Below are positions 46,701 through 56,257 of a stretch of DNA of 64,000 nucleotides, one piece after another; within the stretch, counting starts at the first letter, position 1; each line of letters begins with the position of its first letter. This DNA comes from a bacterium (lineage in GTDB: Bacteria > Patescibacteriota > Minisyncoccia > Phycocordibacterales > Phycocordibacteraceae): the NCBI GenBank assembly GCA_037200965.1, contig JBBCGK010000001.1:800001-864000 (forward strand), written 5' to 3'. The position numbers were made by a program, and so were the translations under genes. The notes beneath the pieces are model-generated. The model worked only from the letters and a program-made list of their open reading frames with translations, searched no databases and was not told the origin of the DNA.

Positions 46701-47819
46701 TTGTATCCTGTACGCATGGCTGGCGCGAAGAAATCTCAAGGCGTAACCAAGACGCGGGCAATCTCTATTTTGGGAGGCGTGCTGTGCCTCGTGCTGATCT
46801 ATATCCTCGGCTTCAGCAATTTCCACGGGGTCGAATACAACAAGGCGGACGCGGAAGGGAGGCATGCGACGACGACCGCGGCAACGCCCAAGGCGCCCGC
46901 ATTGCCGCCTCTCGATAAGGCCGCATATGATAAGAAACTCCTTTCGCTCGCCAACCGTCCCGTACTTGCAACCACGACCGCGAGCACCACGACCAACTAT
47001 CTTTGGCCCGTGACGGCCGCGTACCCGAATCCGGGAGCGATTCTGCCGTTTAAGCGCATCGTCGCCTATTACGGCAACTTCTATTCGAAAGGCATGGGCG
47101 TGCTTGGCGAGTATCCGCTTGACCAGGTCGCGGCGAAGCTCCGGGCCGCGGTCGCCGAGTGGCAGGTGGCTGATCCGGCGACTCCCGTCGTGCCCGCGAT
47201 CGACTATATCGCCATTACGGCACAGGCAAGTCCCGGCGCGGACGGCAAATACCGCTTCCGGATGCCCGACAGCCAGATACAGATCGCGCTCGACCTCGCA
47301 AGCCAGGTGAACGGCATCGTATTCCTCGATCTTCAGGTGGGCCTGAGTTCGCTTCCGGTCGAGCTGCCGCTCATCGAGAAATACCTCAAGATGCCGCAAG
47401 TGCATCTCGCGCTCGATCCGGAGTTCGCGATGCATAACGGCGCGAAGCCCGGCACGGTCGTCGGCACCATGAGCGCGAGCGATATCAACTATGCCGCGGA
47501 CTATCTCGCGAAGCTCGTGCGCGAGAACAATCTTCCGCCCAAGGTCCTCGTTATCCATCGCTTCACGCACGACATGGTGACCGGATACAAGTCCATCAAG
47601 CCTTTGCCTGAGGTGCAGATGGTGATGGATATGGACGGATGGGGCTCCCCGGCAAAGAAGATCGGCACGTATACGCGCGTCATCGCTCCGGAGCCCGTCC
47701 AGTTCACCGGATTCAAAATTTTCTATAAGAACGACCTGAAACCGCCCTCGACCCGCATCATGACGCCTGCGGAACTCCTGAAGCTTTCTCCGCAGCCGTC
47801 GTACATCCAATACCAGTAA
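46701..47819 (+). CDS. Membrane-anchored hypothetical protein
   Basis: N-terminal TM helix, 372 aa; no confident motif. Confidence 0.5.
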   Translation: MYPVRMAGAKKSQGVTKTRAISILGGVLCLVLIYILGFSNFHGVEYNKADAEGRHATTTAATPKAPALPPLDKAAYDKKLLSLANRPVLATTTASTTTNYLWPVTAAYPNPGAILPFKRIVAYYGNFYSKGMGVLGEYPLDQVAAKLRAAVAEWQVADPATPVVPAIDYIAITAQASPGADGKYRFRMPDSQIQIALDLASQVNGIVFLDLQVGLSSLPVELPLIEKYLKMPQVHLALDPEFAMHNGAKPGTVVGTMSASDINYAADYLAKLVRENNLPPKVLVIHRFTHDMVTGYKSIKPLPEVQMVMDMDGWGSPAKKIGTYTRVIAPEPVQFTGFKIFYKNDLKPPSTRIMTPAELLKLSPQPSYIQYQ

Positions 47820-47889
47820 GTTTCTGGATACGAGGAAAGAACCCTCCACAACTTGCCCAATAAGAAAGCTCCGTCCATACTAAATATGC

Positions 47890-48354
47890 ATGGAAAGTCG
47901 GCAATCGGTTACCGTCCTTAGCTTCGCACTGAACGGGATTCGCGAGCGGATTAAGGCGTGGAAGAACAACGGCGGAGAACCGGACTCGCTTGAATGGAAA
48001 ATCGTTAATGCAAGCCTTGCCACGACAGATCTCGGTTCGGTTATCGGTTCGGTACTTCCTTGTATTTCCATCGCTCTTATCCGGGTCACTGGAAATATCG
48101 CACCGCATAAACACCTGCTTTCCAACTCCGCGGGAGTGTTGCTCGGCGAGGCCGAAGGTTTCAGTTTTCCGCCCGATCCTATTGAAACCTTGCTTGATGA
48201 CGGCTGGCACTCAGTGCATGTGGGGGATCTGTTGGTTCTTACGGCGGGCAGCCCTCATGGGTTCCGAGGCGTCTTGTCTGCGCCTCTGTTCGCGCTTTTT
48301 CTCGATAGTCCGCCGATCGACGATGCTACCGATCATATTTTAGTGGAGATATGA
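47890..48354 (+). CDS. Cupin-like protein
   Basis: Two His-containing motifs (IAPHKH...HGF) spaced as in cupins. Confidence 0.4.
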   Translation: MESRQSVTVLSFALNGIRERIKAWKNNGGEPDSLEWKIVNASLATTDLGSVIGSVLPCISIALIRVTGNIAPHKHLLSNSAGVLLGEAEGFSFPPDPIETLLDDGWHSVHVGDLLVLTAGSPHGFRGVLSAPLFALFLDSPPIDDATDHILVEI

Positions 48355-49076
48355 GCAATGATACATTCCCACTTGCGTATCAATCAGAGGAAGCAAACCG
48401 CTATTTTGAATTCGAAAAGCAACAGCATCCGGCGGATACGTTTATAGCGGATGCGCTGCGCGGTATTGGTATTCACGGTCACAAGATACTCGATTACGGA
48501 TGCGGTTCCGGTCTTATGGTACCGCCGCTACTTAAACTCGGAGCTTCGCAAGTGATCGGGTGCGACCCGAGTGCAGCCATGATACGCGAGGCAAACCGCC
48601 GATTTGCCGGTGCTTCTGCCATGTCCGCTATGACTCGTTTCGATCTTCTCACGGGATTGCCACTACCATACCCGAGTTCAAGTTTCGACGGCGTGCTGCT
48701 CCGTTTCGTACTTCATTACATACCCGATACCCAATCCGCTTTCAGGGAGTTTGCCCGGATATTGAAGCCGAACGGATGGGTGGTGGCCGTTTCGAGCGAT
48801 GTGTCCCTAAAGCCTGGGAGGGAGTACCTCGCAAATACAATGATGCCGCTTATCTTTCAGGATATGTTGACGGTACGGACGCTGATAAAGCAGGGAAAAG
48901 AAATCACCGAGAGCGCCGGGAATGCGGGGCTCGAAATCGAACGGTACGAGCGTATTTCCGACGCGACTCTCGCCTCGGTCGATACGACGTACGAACATGC
49001 GCGCGAAATTGAGCAATTCAGCACCGGCTTGCTGGTCGCACGAAAACCATTGGATAAGCGCAAACCTACGGTCTAG
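48351..49076 (+). CDS. Class I SAM-dependent methyltransferase
   Basis: ILDYGCGSGL motif I and LKPNGWVV motif. Confidence 0.7.
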   Translation: MSNDTFPLAYQSEEANRYFEFEKQQHPADTFIADALRGIGIHGHKILDYGCGSGLMVPPLLKLGASQVIGCDPSAAMIREANRRFAGASAMSAMTRFDLLTGLPLPYPSSSFDGVLLRFVLHYIPDTQSAFREFARILKPNGWVVAVSSDVSLKPGREYLANTMMPLIFQDMLTVRTLIKQGKEITESAGNAGLEIERYERISDATLASVDTTYEHAREIEQFSTGLLVARKPLDKRKPTV

Positions 49077-49096
49077 CCAGAGAGTCGCTATCTGCT

Positions 49097-49819
49097 ATGC
49101 TTCGGGCCATGGCTGCCCGCAAACGTCCCGGTACCATAAGCTTTCTCCTCGCGGTTCTTGCGGCGGGCGTTACGCTCACCGGCGTCTATTTCGCCCTCGC
49201 TCCGGCTATCGTCCCGAACCCGGATCTTCGCGCGACCGTGATACCGACGGGCGTGCTCGCAAGAACCAACAGCGACCGCGCCGCAAACGGCCTTCCGGCG
49301 CTCCGGGGAAACTATCTGCTTGATAAAGCGGCGCAGATGAAGGCCGACGACATGGCGGAGCGCGGCTATTTCGCGCACATAAGCCCCGACGGGCAGAGCC
49401 CGCTCTACTGGCTCGACAAGGTCGGATACCAATACCTGAACGTGGGCGAGAACCTGGGGCGTAACTATCCGGACGCGCGGGCGCTTGAAACCGGCTGGAT
49501 GAATTCTCCGGAGCACCGGGAGAACGTGCTCCGGCCCGAATTCACCGAAGCGGGCGTCGGGACCGCAAGCGGCATGTACAAAGGGGAAATGACGACATTC
49601 GCCGTCGAGATATTCGCGACGCCGCTTCCTTCCGCCAAGGGAAACTCTTCGGGTAGCGGTACTGAAGTTGTTCCCATTCCCGACCTTATTTCGTCCAAGC
49701 CGCTCGCCTCGACAAGCGACGAAGACGCGCTCTACCGTGCGACGCTCGGCGCGCTCATCCTCGATCTCAAGCGCCAGATAGCGGAATTGGTCGCGCGCCT
49801 TGCGCTTAAGCCGGGCTAG
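49097..49819 (+). CDS. CAP/SCP-domain secreted protein (YkwD-like)
   Basis: Signal/TM; RANSDRAANGLPALRGNYLLDKAAQMKADDMAERGYFAH...NPDARALETGWMNSPEHRENVL. Confidence 0.65.
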   Translation: MLRAMAARKRPGTISFLLAVLAAGVTLTGVYFALAPAIVPNPDLRATVIPTGVLARTNSDRAANGLPALRGNYLLDKAAQMKADDMAERGYFAHISPDGQSPLYWLDKVGYQYLNVGENLGRNYPDARALETGWMNSPEHRENVLRPEFTEAGVGTASGMYKGEMTTFAVEIFATPLPSAKGNSSGSGTEVVPIPDLISSKPLASTSDEDALYRATLGALILDLKRQIAELVARLALKPG

Positions 49820-49838
49820 GCCTGCTATTATTGCCGGT

Positions 49839-50099
49839 ATGAATCCCGACGTAGCCGAGGAAGGTATCGAGCACTTGGAGCGGATCGAAACGGAACTCGA
49901 GGAAATAAGGAAGCGCACGGGCGGCACGACCCGCGCGTTCGTAAACGGATTGTTTCAGGGCGGCGGGGCGATCATCGGCGGCGTTCTCGCGATACTCCTC
50001 ATCGGCGCTATCCTCGCGTTTCTCGGGCTCATTCCGGGTCTGGGGGATGTCGCCGCATACATCCATTCCGCGGTCGAAGAGCTGCGTTACGCGCGATGA
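49839..50099 (+). CDS. Small membrane protein
   Basis: 86 aa, Gly-rich TM segment. Confidence 0.35.
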   Translation: MNPDVAEEGIEHLERIETELEEIRKRTGGTTRAFVNGLFQGGGAIIGGVLAILLIGAILAFLGLIPGLGDVAAYIHSAVEELRYAR

Positions 50100-50371
50100 C
50101 GGCAGGGAAGCGAATCGTTCGCGCTTCGCGCCATCACGTCTATATCCTCGAGTGCGCCGACGGGACGCTCTACACAGGAAGCACGAGCGACCTTGTCCGA
50201 AGGCTTCGGGAGCATAATCACGCCAAATCAGGGGCGCATTATACGAAGATCAGGAGGCCTGTCGTGCTCCGTTATGCCGAATCCGCAAAGACGCTCGGGG
50301 AGGCAAGAAGCCGGGAAGCCGCTCTTAAGCGCCTTACGAGGCAGGAGAAGCTCGCGCTTATCGGGAAATAA
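50096..50371 (+). CDS. GIY-YIG nuclease family small protein (UPF0213-like)
   Basis: HVYILECADGTLYTGSTSDLVRRLREHN, a textbook GIY-YIG core. Confidence 0.75.
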   Translation: MTAGKRIVRASRHHVYILECADGTLYTGSTSDLVRRLREHNHAKSGAHYTKIRRPVVLRYAESAKTLGEARSREAALKRLTRQEKLALIGK

Positions 50372-50383
50372 GTCCGGGTACAT

Positions 50384-51219
50384 TCAAGAAGTAATTGCAC
50401 CACCTCCGAAGAGTGCTAATGGTGTCTTGTACCCGAACCGCTTTCTCGGCCGCTCGTTCAGAGCCAGCTCAATCTCCCGTATCCGTGCCTCCGATACTGT
50501 TGCGAAGTCCGTGCCTTTGGGCAGGTACCATCGTATCAAGCCATTGACGTTCTCATTCGCCCCACGCTCCGATGATGTGTATGGGTGAGCGAAATACACC
50601 TGTACGCTTCTGCCGTCTTGCGGGGTATCTTCTCAATCGCCACGTACCCGCTCTTGCGCTCAAGCAGGGTGACCAAGGCAACCGATGATGCACGCGAGAC
50701 GATGAGGTCGCCCTCCCAGTCGCCAAGACGACTTCGGCGATCCACTGCCTTCGGACGTGCCTCGATCGAGCGTTTGTGTGGGTTCGGGAGACGCTGATGC
50801 TTCCTGAAGCCCTTCCGGTGCCTCGTTTTGTGGCGGCGTTTGAGAAGCGAGCGCAGGTCCTCGCCACCATTCTTCCATTCATCGTATACAAACTGGTATA
50901 TCGTCTCGTGCGACACGCCGCCCACGGTGCCAGCGACTTGTTCGGGCGACCACCCACGCCTCAAGCCAGCGGCAATCTTTTCTCGAAGACCGGCAGTTCG
51001 TATGCGCCCCTGTGTCTCGTGTCGTTTCGACTGTGCTCTCGCCTCCGCAAGCCGGGGCGTATATCGCCGCACTAACGCGGGCATGTTCTTGTTCACCTCG
51101 CGCGACACTGAGGACGGAGACCGTCCAAGGCTCTGGGCGATGGCCCGAATTGACCGCTTCTCCCAGAGTCCTTGCTGTATTTGCTCACGCTCTTCAATAC
51201 CGAAATGCCTGTGTGCCAT
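50384..51219 (-). pseudogene. IS30-family transposase, decayed (frameshift plus internal deletion)
   Basis: N-terminal HTH and DWEGDLI (first catalytic D) in ORF 50536-51219. C-terminal HPY..ERG.NEN.NGL (catalytic E region) in ORF 50384-50599 in another frame. The central DNG.EF segment is missing. Confidence 0.7.
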
Positions 51220-51282
51220 GCCGCTAGATTAGCGGAAGTGTTGCGTTTACTTGTTGAACTCAGGCGGTGCTAAAATTGCGCA

Positions 51283-52092
51283 ATGCGCAATTTCTGCTTT
51301 ACCGACTCCAGCGGGATATTGAGAAGCGATCGTTTCTTCGGAACCGGTCTTTTGGTGGTAAAGAACGTAGGGGACTTGGGCGACAAGCTCTATAAGAACA
51401 GCCAGCCGGCGAAGGCTCTCGCCAAGGAAGGAAAAAACCGACAGATCGAGCAGCTGCTTGCCGCCGGGAACAAAGACGAGGTCATACGGATGCTGCGGGG
51501 CAATTATCGTTTCGAGATGAAATTCGACAATGTCGGGAACCCTGCCCTGGCCCCGTATTACGACGGCATGGTTGACATCTTCTTTTCCGATTCCGACAAC
51601 CGCTTCTCCGCGATGGTCGTTGACCGCCAGAACCCCCGTTTTGACCACGGCGGCATGGAAGACTCGTGGGAAACCTATACGAAATACATCGCCATGCTGG
51701 TGGTGCGGGAAATGAGTCACATGCCGGACGACGAAATCTGCCTCGTTGTCGACGAGATAACCAAGCCCCGCACGAAGGCCTTGTCTTTGGAGGATGCTAT
51801 TTTGAGCAAAATTAGGGAAGAGACCGCGACCGTCGAGGGCCTCGATTTCGACAAGGTATTCGGTGCGCTTACCATCGAGTCGCATTCGAATCTCCCCATG
51901 CAGCTGTGCGATGTTCTTATGGGAGCCGTCATGTACGAGTACAAGAAGAAAAACGGTTTGAACAGTGTTCGGACAGAGGCGAGGAAAGAGCCGCTCGTGC
52001 GAAAAATACGCGCCGCGCTCGGCGAGCCGACCTTGGCGAAGGAATTCACCGCCAACTCAACGGCATACTTCAACGTTTTCGAGTGCGTATAG
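51283..52092 (+). CDS. DUF3800-like hypothetical protein
   Basis: N-terminal FCFTDSSG resembles the DUF3800 DESG motif; 269 aa. Confidence 0.35.
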   Translation: MRNFCFTDSSGILRSDRFFGTGLLVVKNVGDLGDKLYKNSQPAKALAKEGKNRQIEQLLAAGNKDEVIRMLRGNYRFEMKFDNVGNPALAPYYDGMVDIFFSDSDNRFSAMVVDRQNPRFDHGGMEDSWETYTKYIAMLVVREMSHMPDDEICLVVDEITKPRTKALSLEDAILSKIREETATVEGLDFDKVFGALTIESHSNLPMQLCDVLMGAVMYEYKKKNGLNSVRTEARKEPLVRKIRAALGEPTLAKEFTANSTAYFNVFECV

Positions 52093-52307
52093 GAAAAAAG
52101 GAAAACGGCCCGCACGAGGCGGACCGCTTCCCTTCATGGGTCATCGACAAGAAACCGACACCCACTACTTTTGCCAGTCTATACCAGGCCGCGTGACGGG
52201 TCAATGAATATGAAGATTATACGGCCTACCTAAGCCATGCACTTTTCCCCTGCATGCATCGGTTTCCGAACGAAAAAGCAAAAAATACGGGTTGCTTGAC
52301 ATGACTG

Positions 52308-52357
52308 CCACATGGGAGTACGCTTGCCGTAATTACGGCAAGCGTACTCCCATGTGG
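52308..52357 (+). repeat. Perfect 50-bp palindrome (25-bp arms, no spacer)
   Basis: CCACATGGGAGTACGCTTGCCGTAA|TTACGGCAAGCGTACTCCCATGTGG equals its reverse complement. TTGACA lies at 52296-52301 upstream and TATAAT at 52369-52374 downstream. Confidence 0.9.
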
Positions 52358-52428
52358 CTTATATGTGTTATAATACATCTCTGCCGCCCGAGTTCCGAGA
52401 TGCCTTGCCGAGTTGGTATACTGACAGC

Positions 52429-53145
52429 ATGCAAGACCAACCACATTTCGGCATCGTTATCGCGATCTGCGCGGGCATCGCCGCGCTCGCCGTCCTCTTT
52501 TACGTCTGGAATGCGGGACAACCGGAAAACCCTCTCATTCCGCCACTTTCCCCTGAAGCTACGTCGACGGACGGCGTAGCTAGTACCACTTCCGAAGTCC
52601 CCGTGTATGCGCCGGAACCCGCCGCCGACCCGGTGCATGCATACGGAAGCGTGACGATCTCGCTCGGGCAGGTCGCCCGTTTCGCCGACCTCTACATCAG
52701 TCCGCTTTCGATCGAAGAGGACAGCCGCTGTCCCAAAGGGGTACAGTGCATTCAGGCGGGAACGGTACGGGTACAGCTTGAGATCGGAAGCGGACTTGGC
52801 AAGAGCACTCAAGTCACAAAGCTTGGGGATTCCGTTACTACCGAAGCCGAAACTATCACGTTCGTTGCGGCGAATCCCGAGCCTGTCGCGGGCATTACGG
52901 TCGCCCCTGCCGACTACCGCTTTACGTTCACGGTCACGAAGCGCCCGCCTGCCGCCGCGGGCGGCCCGTGCTTTGTCGGCGGTTGCTCGTCGCAGATCTG
53001 CAGCGACGAACCGGGCGCGATCTCCACGTGCGAATACCGCGACGCGTACGCCTGCTATAAGACGGCACGCTGCGAGCGGCAGCCGGGAGGCCAGTGCGGA
53101 TGGACGCAGACGCCGGAACTCGCCGCGTGCCTTGCGTCGTCATAG
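52429..53145 (+). CDS. Cys-rich exported hypothetical protein
   Basis: N-terminal TM/signal, C-terminal CFVGGCSSQICSDE...CEYRDAYACYKTARCERQPGGQCGW. Confidence 0.5.
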   Translation: MQDQPHFGIVIAICAGIAALAVLFYVWNAGQPENPLIPPLSPEATSTDGVASTTSEVPVYAPEPAADPVHAYGSVTISLGQVARFADLYISPLSIEEDSRCPKGVQCIQAGTVRVQLEIGSGLGKSTQVTKLGDSVTTEAETITFVAANPEPVAGITVAPADYRFTFTVTKRPPAAAGGPCFVGGCSSQICSDEPGAISTCEYRDAYACYKTARCERQPGGQCGWTQTPELAACLASS

Positions 53146-53164
53146 CCCGAGCCAAGGTATTCCA

Positions 53165-53683
53165 ATGAGCACTAACATTGTATGGGTTGACGAAAATGAT
53201 GCCGTTCTTGGGGAAACCACAAGGGAAAAGGCCCATGCCGAAGGCCTCCTGCACCGTATCGCGGTCACCTATCTTGTAAATGCTGAAGGGGAGATCCTGG
53301 TGAATGAACGGGCTGACGATGGGCGTTTCGACCATTCATCAGCGGGTCATGTCGATGCGGGCGAAAGCTATGTTGAGACGGCCCGCAGAGAGCTGAAAGA
53401 GGAACTCGGAATTGACGGTATTGATATAAAGGAGATCGGCGGTTCCATATCTCAAGATTTGATAAACGATCCGGGTCAGCCGTTCATGAACGCCCGGCAT
53501 ATATTCAAAGTATTTCTCGGAGTCCTGCTCCGGCCGGATTTGATCCGGATTGATCCTGATGAAGTAAAAAGCGTATTTTGGGCTGATCCGAATAAAGTTA
53601 TGGAAGATATGCGTAGTAATCCTTCAAGATATGCCGGAGGCTTTAAGAGCTCCCTGCCCGTATACCTGGATTCTCAAGGATAA
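53165..53683 (+). CDS. NUDIX hydrolase
   Basis: Nudix box GHVDAGESYVETARRELKEELGI. Confidence 0.7.
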   Translation: MSTNIVWVDENDAVLGETTREKAHAEGLLHRIAVTYLVNAEGEILVNERADDGRFDHSSAGHVDAGESYVETARRELKEELGIDGIDIKEIGGSISQDLINDPGQPFMNARHIFKVFLGVLLRPDLIRIDPDEVKSVFWADPNKVMEDMRSNPSRYAGGFKSSLPVYLDSQG

Positions 53684-53687
53684 ACAC

Positions 53688-54158
53688 ATGAAAGAAAAGA
53701 AATTCATTCCGAGAAAGGGCCAAACGGACTTTACGAACATCCGCTATACGCCGGTTATCAATTGCGCCGTCCGCTATAAAGGCAGGATACTGCTCGTGAA
53801 GCGGGGTGCCGGAATGCGGTTGTATCCCGGGTATTGGAACGGGGTATCGGGGTTTCTCGATGACAAGAAGGAGCTTAAGGATAAGGTGCGCGAAGAACTC
53901 CGGGAGGAGCTTGGCCTTACGAAGAAGCAGATTGTTTCCATGAAGCTCGGCACGCTCCTGTATCAGGATGCTCCGAAGTATAAGAAGACGTGGCTCGTGC
54001 TCCCGGTATTGGTGGCTATAAATACTGACAAGGTGCGGCTTGACTGGGAGGGGGAAGAATACGGCTGGTTCAAGCCTTCCGGGATCAAGAAGCTCAGGCT
54101 TCTGCCGGGATTTAAGGAAACGCTTGAGAGCGCCCGTAAAGCCAGATACATCGTATAA
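53688..54158 (+). CDS. NUDIX hydrolase (tandem paralog)
   Basis: Nudix box GFLDDKKELKDKVREELREELGL; 4 nt after the previous NUDIX. Confidence 0.7.
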   Translation: MKEKKFIPRKGQTDFTNIRYTPVINCAVRYKGRILLVKRGAGMRLYPGYWNGVSGFLDDKKELKDKVREELREELGLTKKQIVSMKLGTLLYQDAPKYKKTWLVLPVLVAINTDKVRLDWEGEEYGWFKPSGIKKLRLLPGFKETLESARKARYIV

Positions 54159-54234
54159 ATGAAGGACGATATCCTGGAAAAGTGCAGGAGATTACGCGCG
54201 GCCTATGTAGAAGGCGGTCTTGGCCAGACCATAA

Positions 54235-54894
54235 ATGCCGGAGGATACACATCCGCAATTTGATGTCCCCGAGATAAGGCTTGCGTACTTTACGCTTCCC
54301 ATGGCGCTCAACTATCAGCGTGATAGTTATAAGTTATGGGAAGCTGCGCTAAAGACGCATGAAGATGCGCAGACCAGTTTCGTTTTTAATCTTTCGGAGG
54401 TATCCAAACGATCGGAAGAAGAGCTCAGAAAAGCTCTTGTAGCCCACAAGCTTGCCTTGCAGCCGAATAAGCATATCCGGACTTGGAGGACGATCACAGA
54501 TACTGTTAATCGCGAATGGGGTTCGTTTGAAGCCCTCATGCAAGCCTCAGGCGGTGATTTTCTTACGCTTAGGCACCTGGTTCAAGTCGCTCATAAACAG
54601 GGGTTTCCGTACCTCTCCGGTCCCAAAATCTTTAACTACTGGTCCTTTATTTTGAGTACTTACGGCGGCATACGTCTTAAAAATCGGCAACATATCAGTA
54701 TCGCCCCAGACACGCATATCACTCAATGCTCAATTCGATTGGGAGTTATTTCTCCTGAAGAAGCGGAGACACTATCAAAAGAAGTGATTTCTGAAAGATG
54801 GCATGATTTGCTTTCTGGAAGTGATATCGACGCTATCGACATGCATCCCCCTCTTTGGTTTTGGAGTAGAAACGGCTTCATATACCGTTTATAG
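54235..54894 (+). CDS. Hypothetical protein (possibly HhH DNA-glycosylase-like)
   Basis: 219 aa; weak resemblance to an HhH-GPD-type helix-hairpin-helix region. Confidence 0.35.
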   Translation: MPEDTHPQFDVPEIRLAYFTLPMALNYQRDSYKLWEAALKTHEDAQTSFVFNLSEVSKRSEEELRKALVAHKLALQPNKHIRTWRTITDTVNREWGSFEALMQASGGDFLTLRHLVQVAHKQGFPYLSGPKIFNYWSFILSTYGGIRLKNRQHISIAPDTHITQCSIRLGVISPEEAETLSKEVISERWHDLLSGSDIDAIDMHPPLWFWSRNGFIYRL

Positions 54895-54917
54895 CCCTGA
54901 TGCTATAGTTTTTATAT

Positions 54918-55556
54918 ATGAACATCACGAAACTCGGGCACGCGTGCCTGGTAGTCGAAGAGAGCGGGGTGCGGGTCCTCGTCGATCCCGGAAGCTTCAC
55001 GACGGAACAAAACGAACTTTCCGGACTCGATGCGGTCGTGATAACGCACGAGCATCAGGATCATCTTAATATCGCGTCGCTCAAGAAAGTCATAGACAAT
55101 AATCCCGATATAGTCATCATCGCGAACGCTTCGATCGGTGCTGTGCTCGAGAAAGAAGGAATTGCCTATGCCAGGGTAGGCGACGGAGAAAAGATCGAAG
55201 TGAAAGGGCTGGCTATCACCGGTTCCGGCAAGGATCATGCGACCATCTGCGACGGCTTCGGCCTTGTCGAGAATACCGGCTATTTCATCGGCAGCCGCTT
55301 CTTCTATCCGGGCGATGCGTTTCATAATCCGGGCATACCGGTCGGGGTGCTCGCGCTTCCGGTCGCGGGCCCGTGGATGAAAATCAGCGAAGCGGTCGAC
55401 TATGTGAAAGCGGTACGCCCCGAAGTCTGCTTTCCGGTACATGACGGCATGTATAAGTCCGGCTTTAACATCGCCGATCGTATCGGCGAAGCACTCGTTA
55501 CGCCTCTTGGCATCGATTATGTGCCGATGAAGGACGGCGAGAACAGGGAATTCTGA
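54918..55556 (+). CDS. MBL-fold metallo-hydrolase
   Basis: VVITHEHQDHL (HxHxDH) motif. Confidence 0.75.
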   Translation: MNITKLGHACLVVEESGVRVLVDPGSFTTEQNELSGLDAVVITHEHQDHLNIASLKKVIDNNPDIVIIANASIGAVLEKEGIAYARVGDGEKIEVKGLAITGSGKDHATICDGFGLVENTGYFIGSRFFYPGDAFHNPGIPVGVLALPVAGPWMKISEAVDYVKAVRPEVCFPVHDGMYKSGFNIADRIGEALVTPLGIDYVPMKDGENREF

Positions 55557-56257
55557 TGAAAGCAGCCGTACACCGGGCTGACAGCAGGGGTGGCGCGGAT
55601 CACGGCTGGCTCAAGACCCGTCACAGCTTCAGTTTCGCGAACTGGCACGATCCGGAGCGCGACGGTTTCGGCGCGCTCCGGGTGTTGAACGACGATGTCA
55701 TCGCGCCCCACCAGGGCTTCGGTGCCCATCCGCACCGGGATTTCGAGATCGTTACGATTGTCACGCGCGGCGCGGTTACGCACGAGGACGGCCTCGGCAC
55801 GCGCGCGAAAGTCGCCGCGGGAGAGGTGCAGGTGATGAGCGCGGGAACCGGCGTCGTGCACTCCGAAAAGAACGAGGAAGACGAACCGCTCGAGCTTTTC
55901 CAGCTTTGGATCGTTCCTAAGGAGCGGGGAGTCGCCCCGCGCTATGACCGGAAGAGGTTTGACGAAGCCAGCCGGAAGAACGCGCTCCAGCTTCTGGTCT
56001 CCGACACCGGGGAAGACGGCTCGCTCATGATCCGTCAGGATGCGCGGATATATCTGGCCGACCTTGCCGCGGGAGCGGAAATTCCGTATCAGCTGCCACC
56101 CGGGCGCGGGGCGTATGTATTCGTAGTCGAAGGCGAAGTGAAAATCGGAGAAGTCCTGCTCAAGCGCCGCGACGCCCTTGCCGTTTCGGATAGTTCCTCC
56201 TTCTCCATAACGCCTGTCACGGCCGCAAACATCCTTGTCATCGACGTGCCGGTATGA
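55556..56257 (+). CDS. Pirin family protein
   Basis: HGWLKTRHSFSFANW...GFGAHPHRDFEIVT pirin N-terminal cupin motifs. Confidence 0.8.
   Translation: MKAAVHRADSRGGADHGWLKTRHSFSFANWHDPERDGFGALRVLNDDVIAPHQGFGAHPHRDFEIVTIVTRGAVTHEDGLGTRAKVAAGEVQVMSAGTGVVHSEKNEEDEPLELFQLWIVPKERGVAPRYDRKRFDEASRKNALQLLVSDTGEDGSLMIRQDARIYLADLAAGAEIPYQLPPGRGAYVFVVEGEVKIGEVLLKRRDALAVSDSSSFSITPVTAANILVIDVPV

Noticed and set aside
45109-47849. Two long minus-strand ORFs (550 aa and 459 aa) antisense to purF and the following gene
   Set aside because: purF is unambiguous on the plus strand, with the Ntn Cys and PRTase motifs. The antisense ORFs are Arg-rich artefacts of 60% GC DNA.
52296-52374. TTGACA and TATAAT hexamers read as a single sigma70 promoter
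   Set aside because: The spacing is 67 bp, far outside 16-19 bp. They cannot be one promoter, and the palindrome between them is the notable element.
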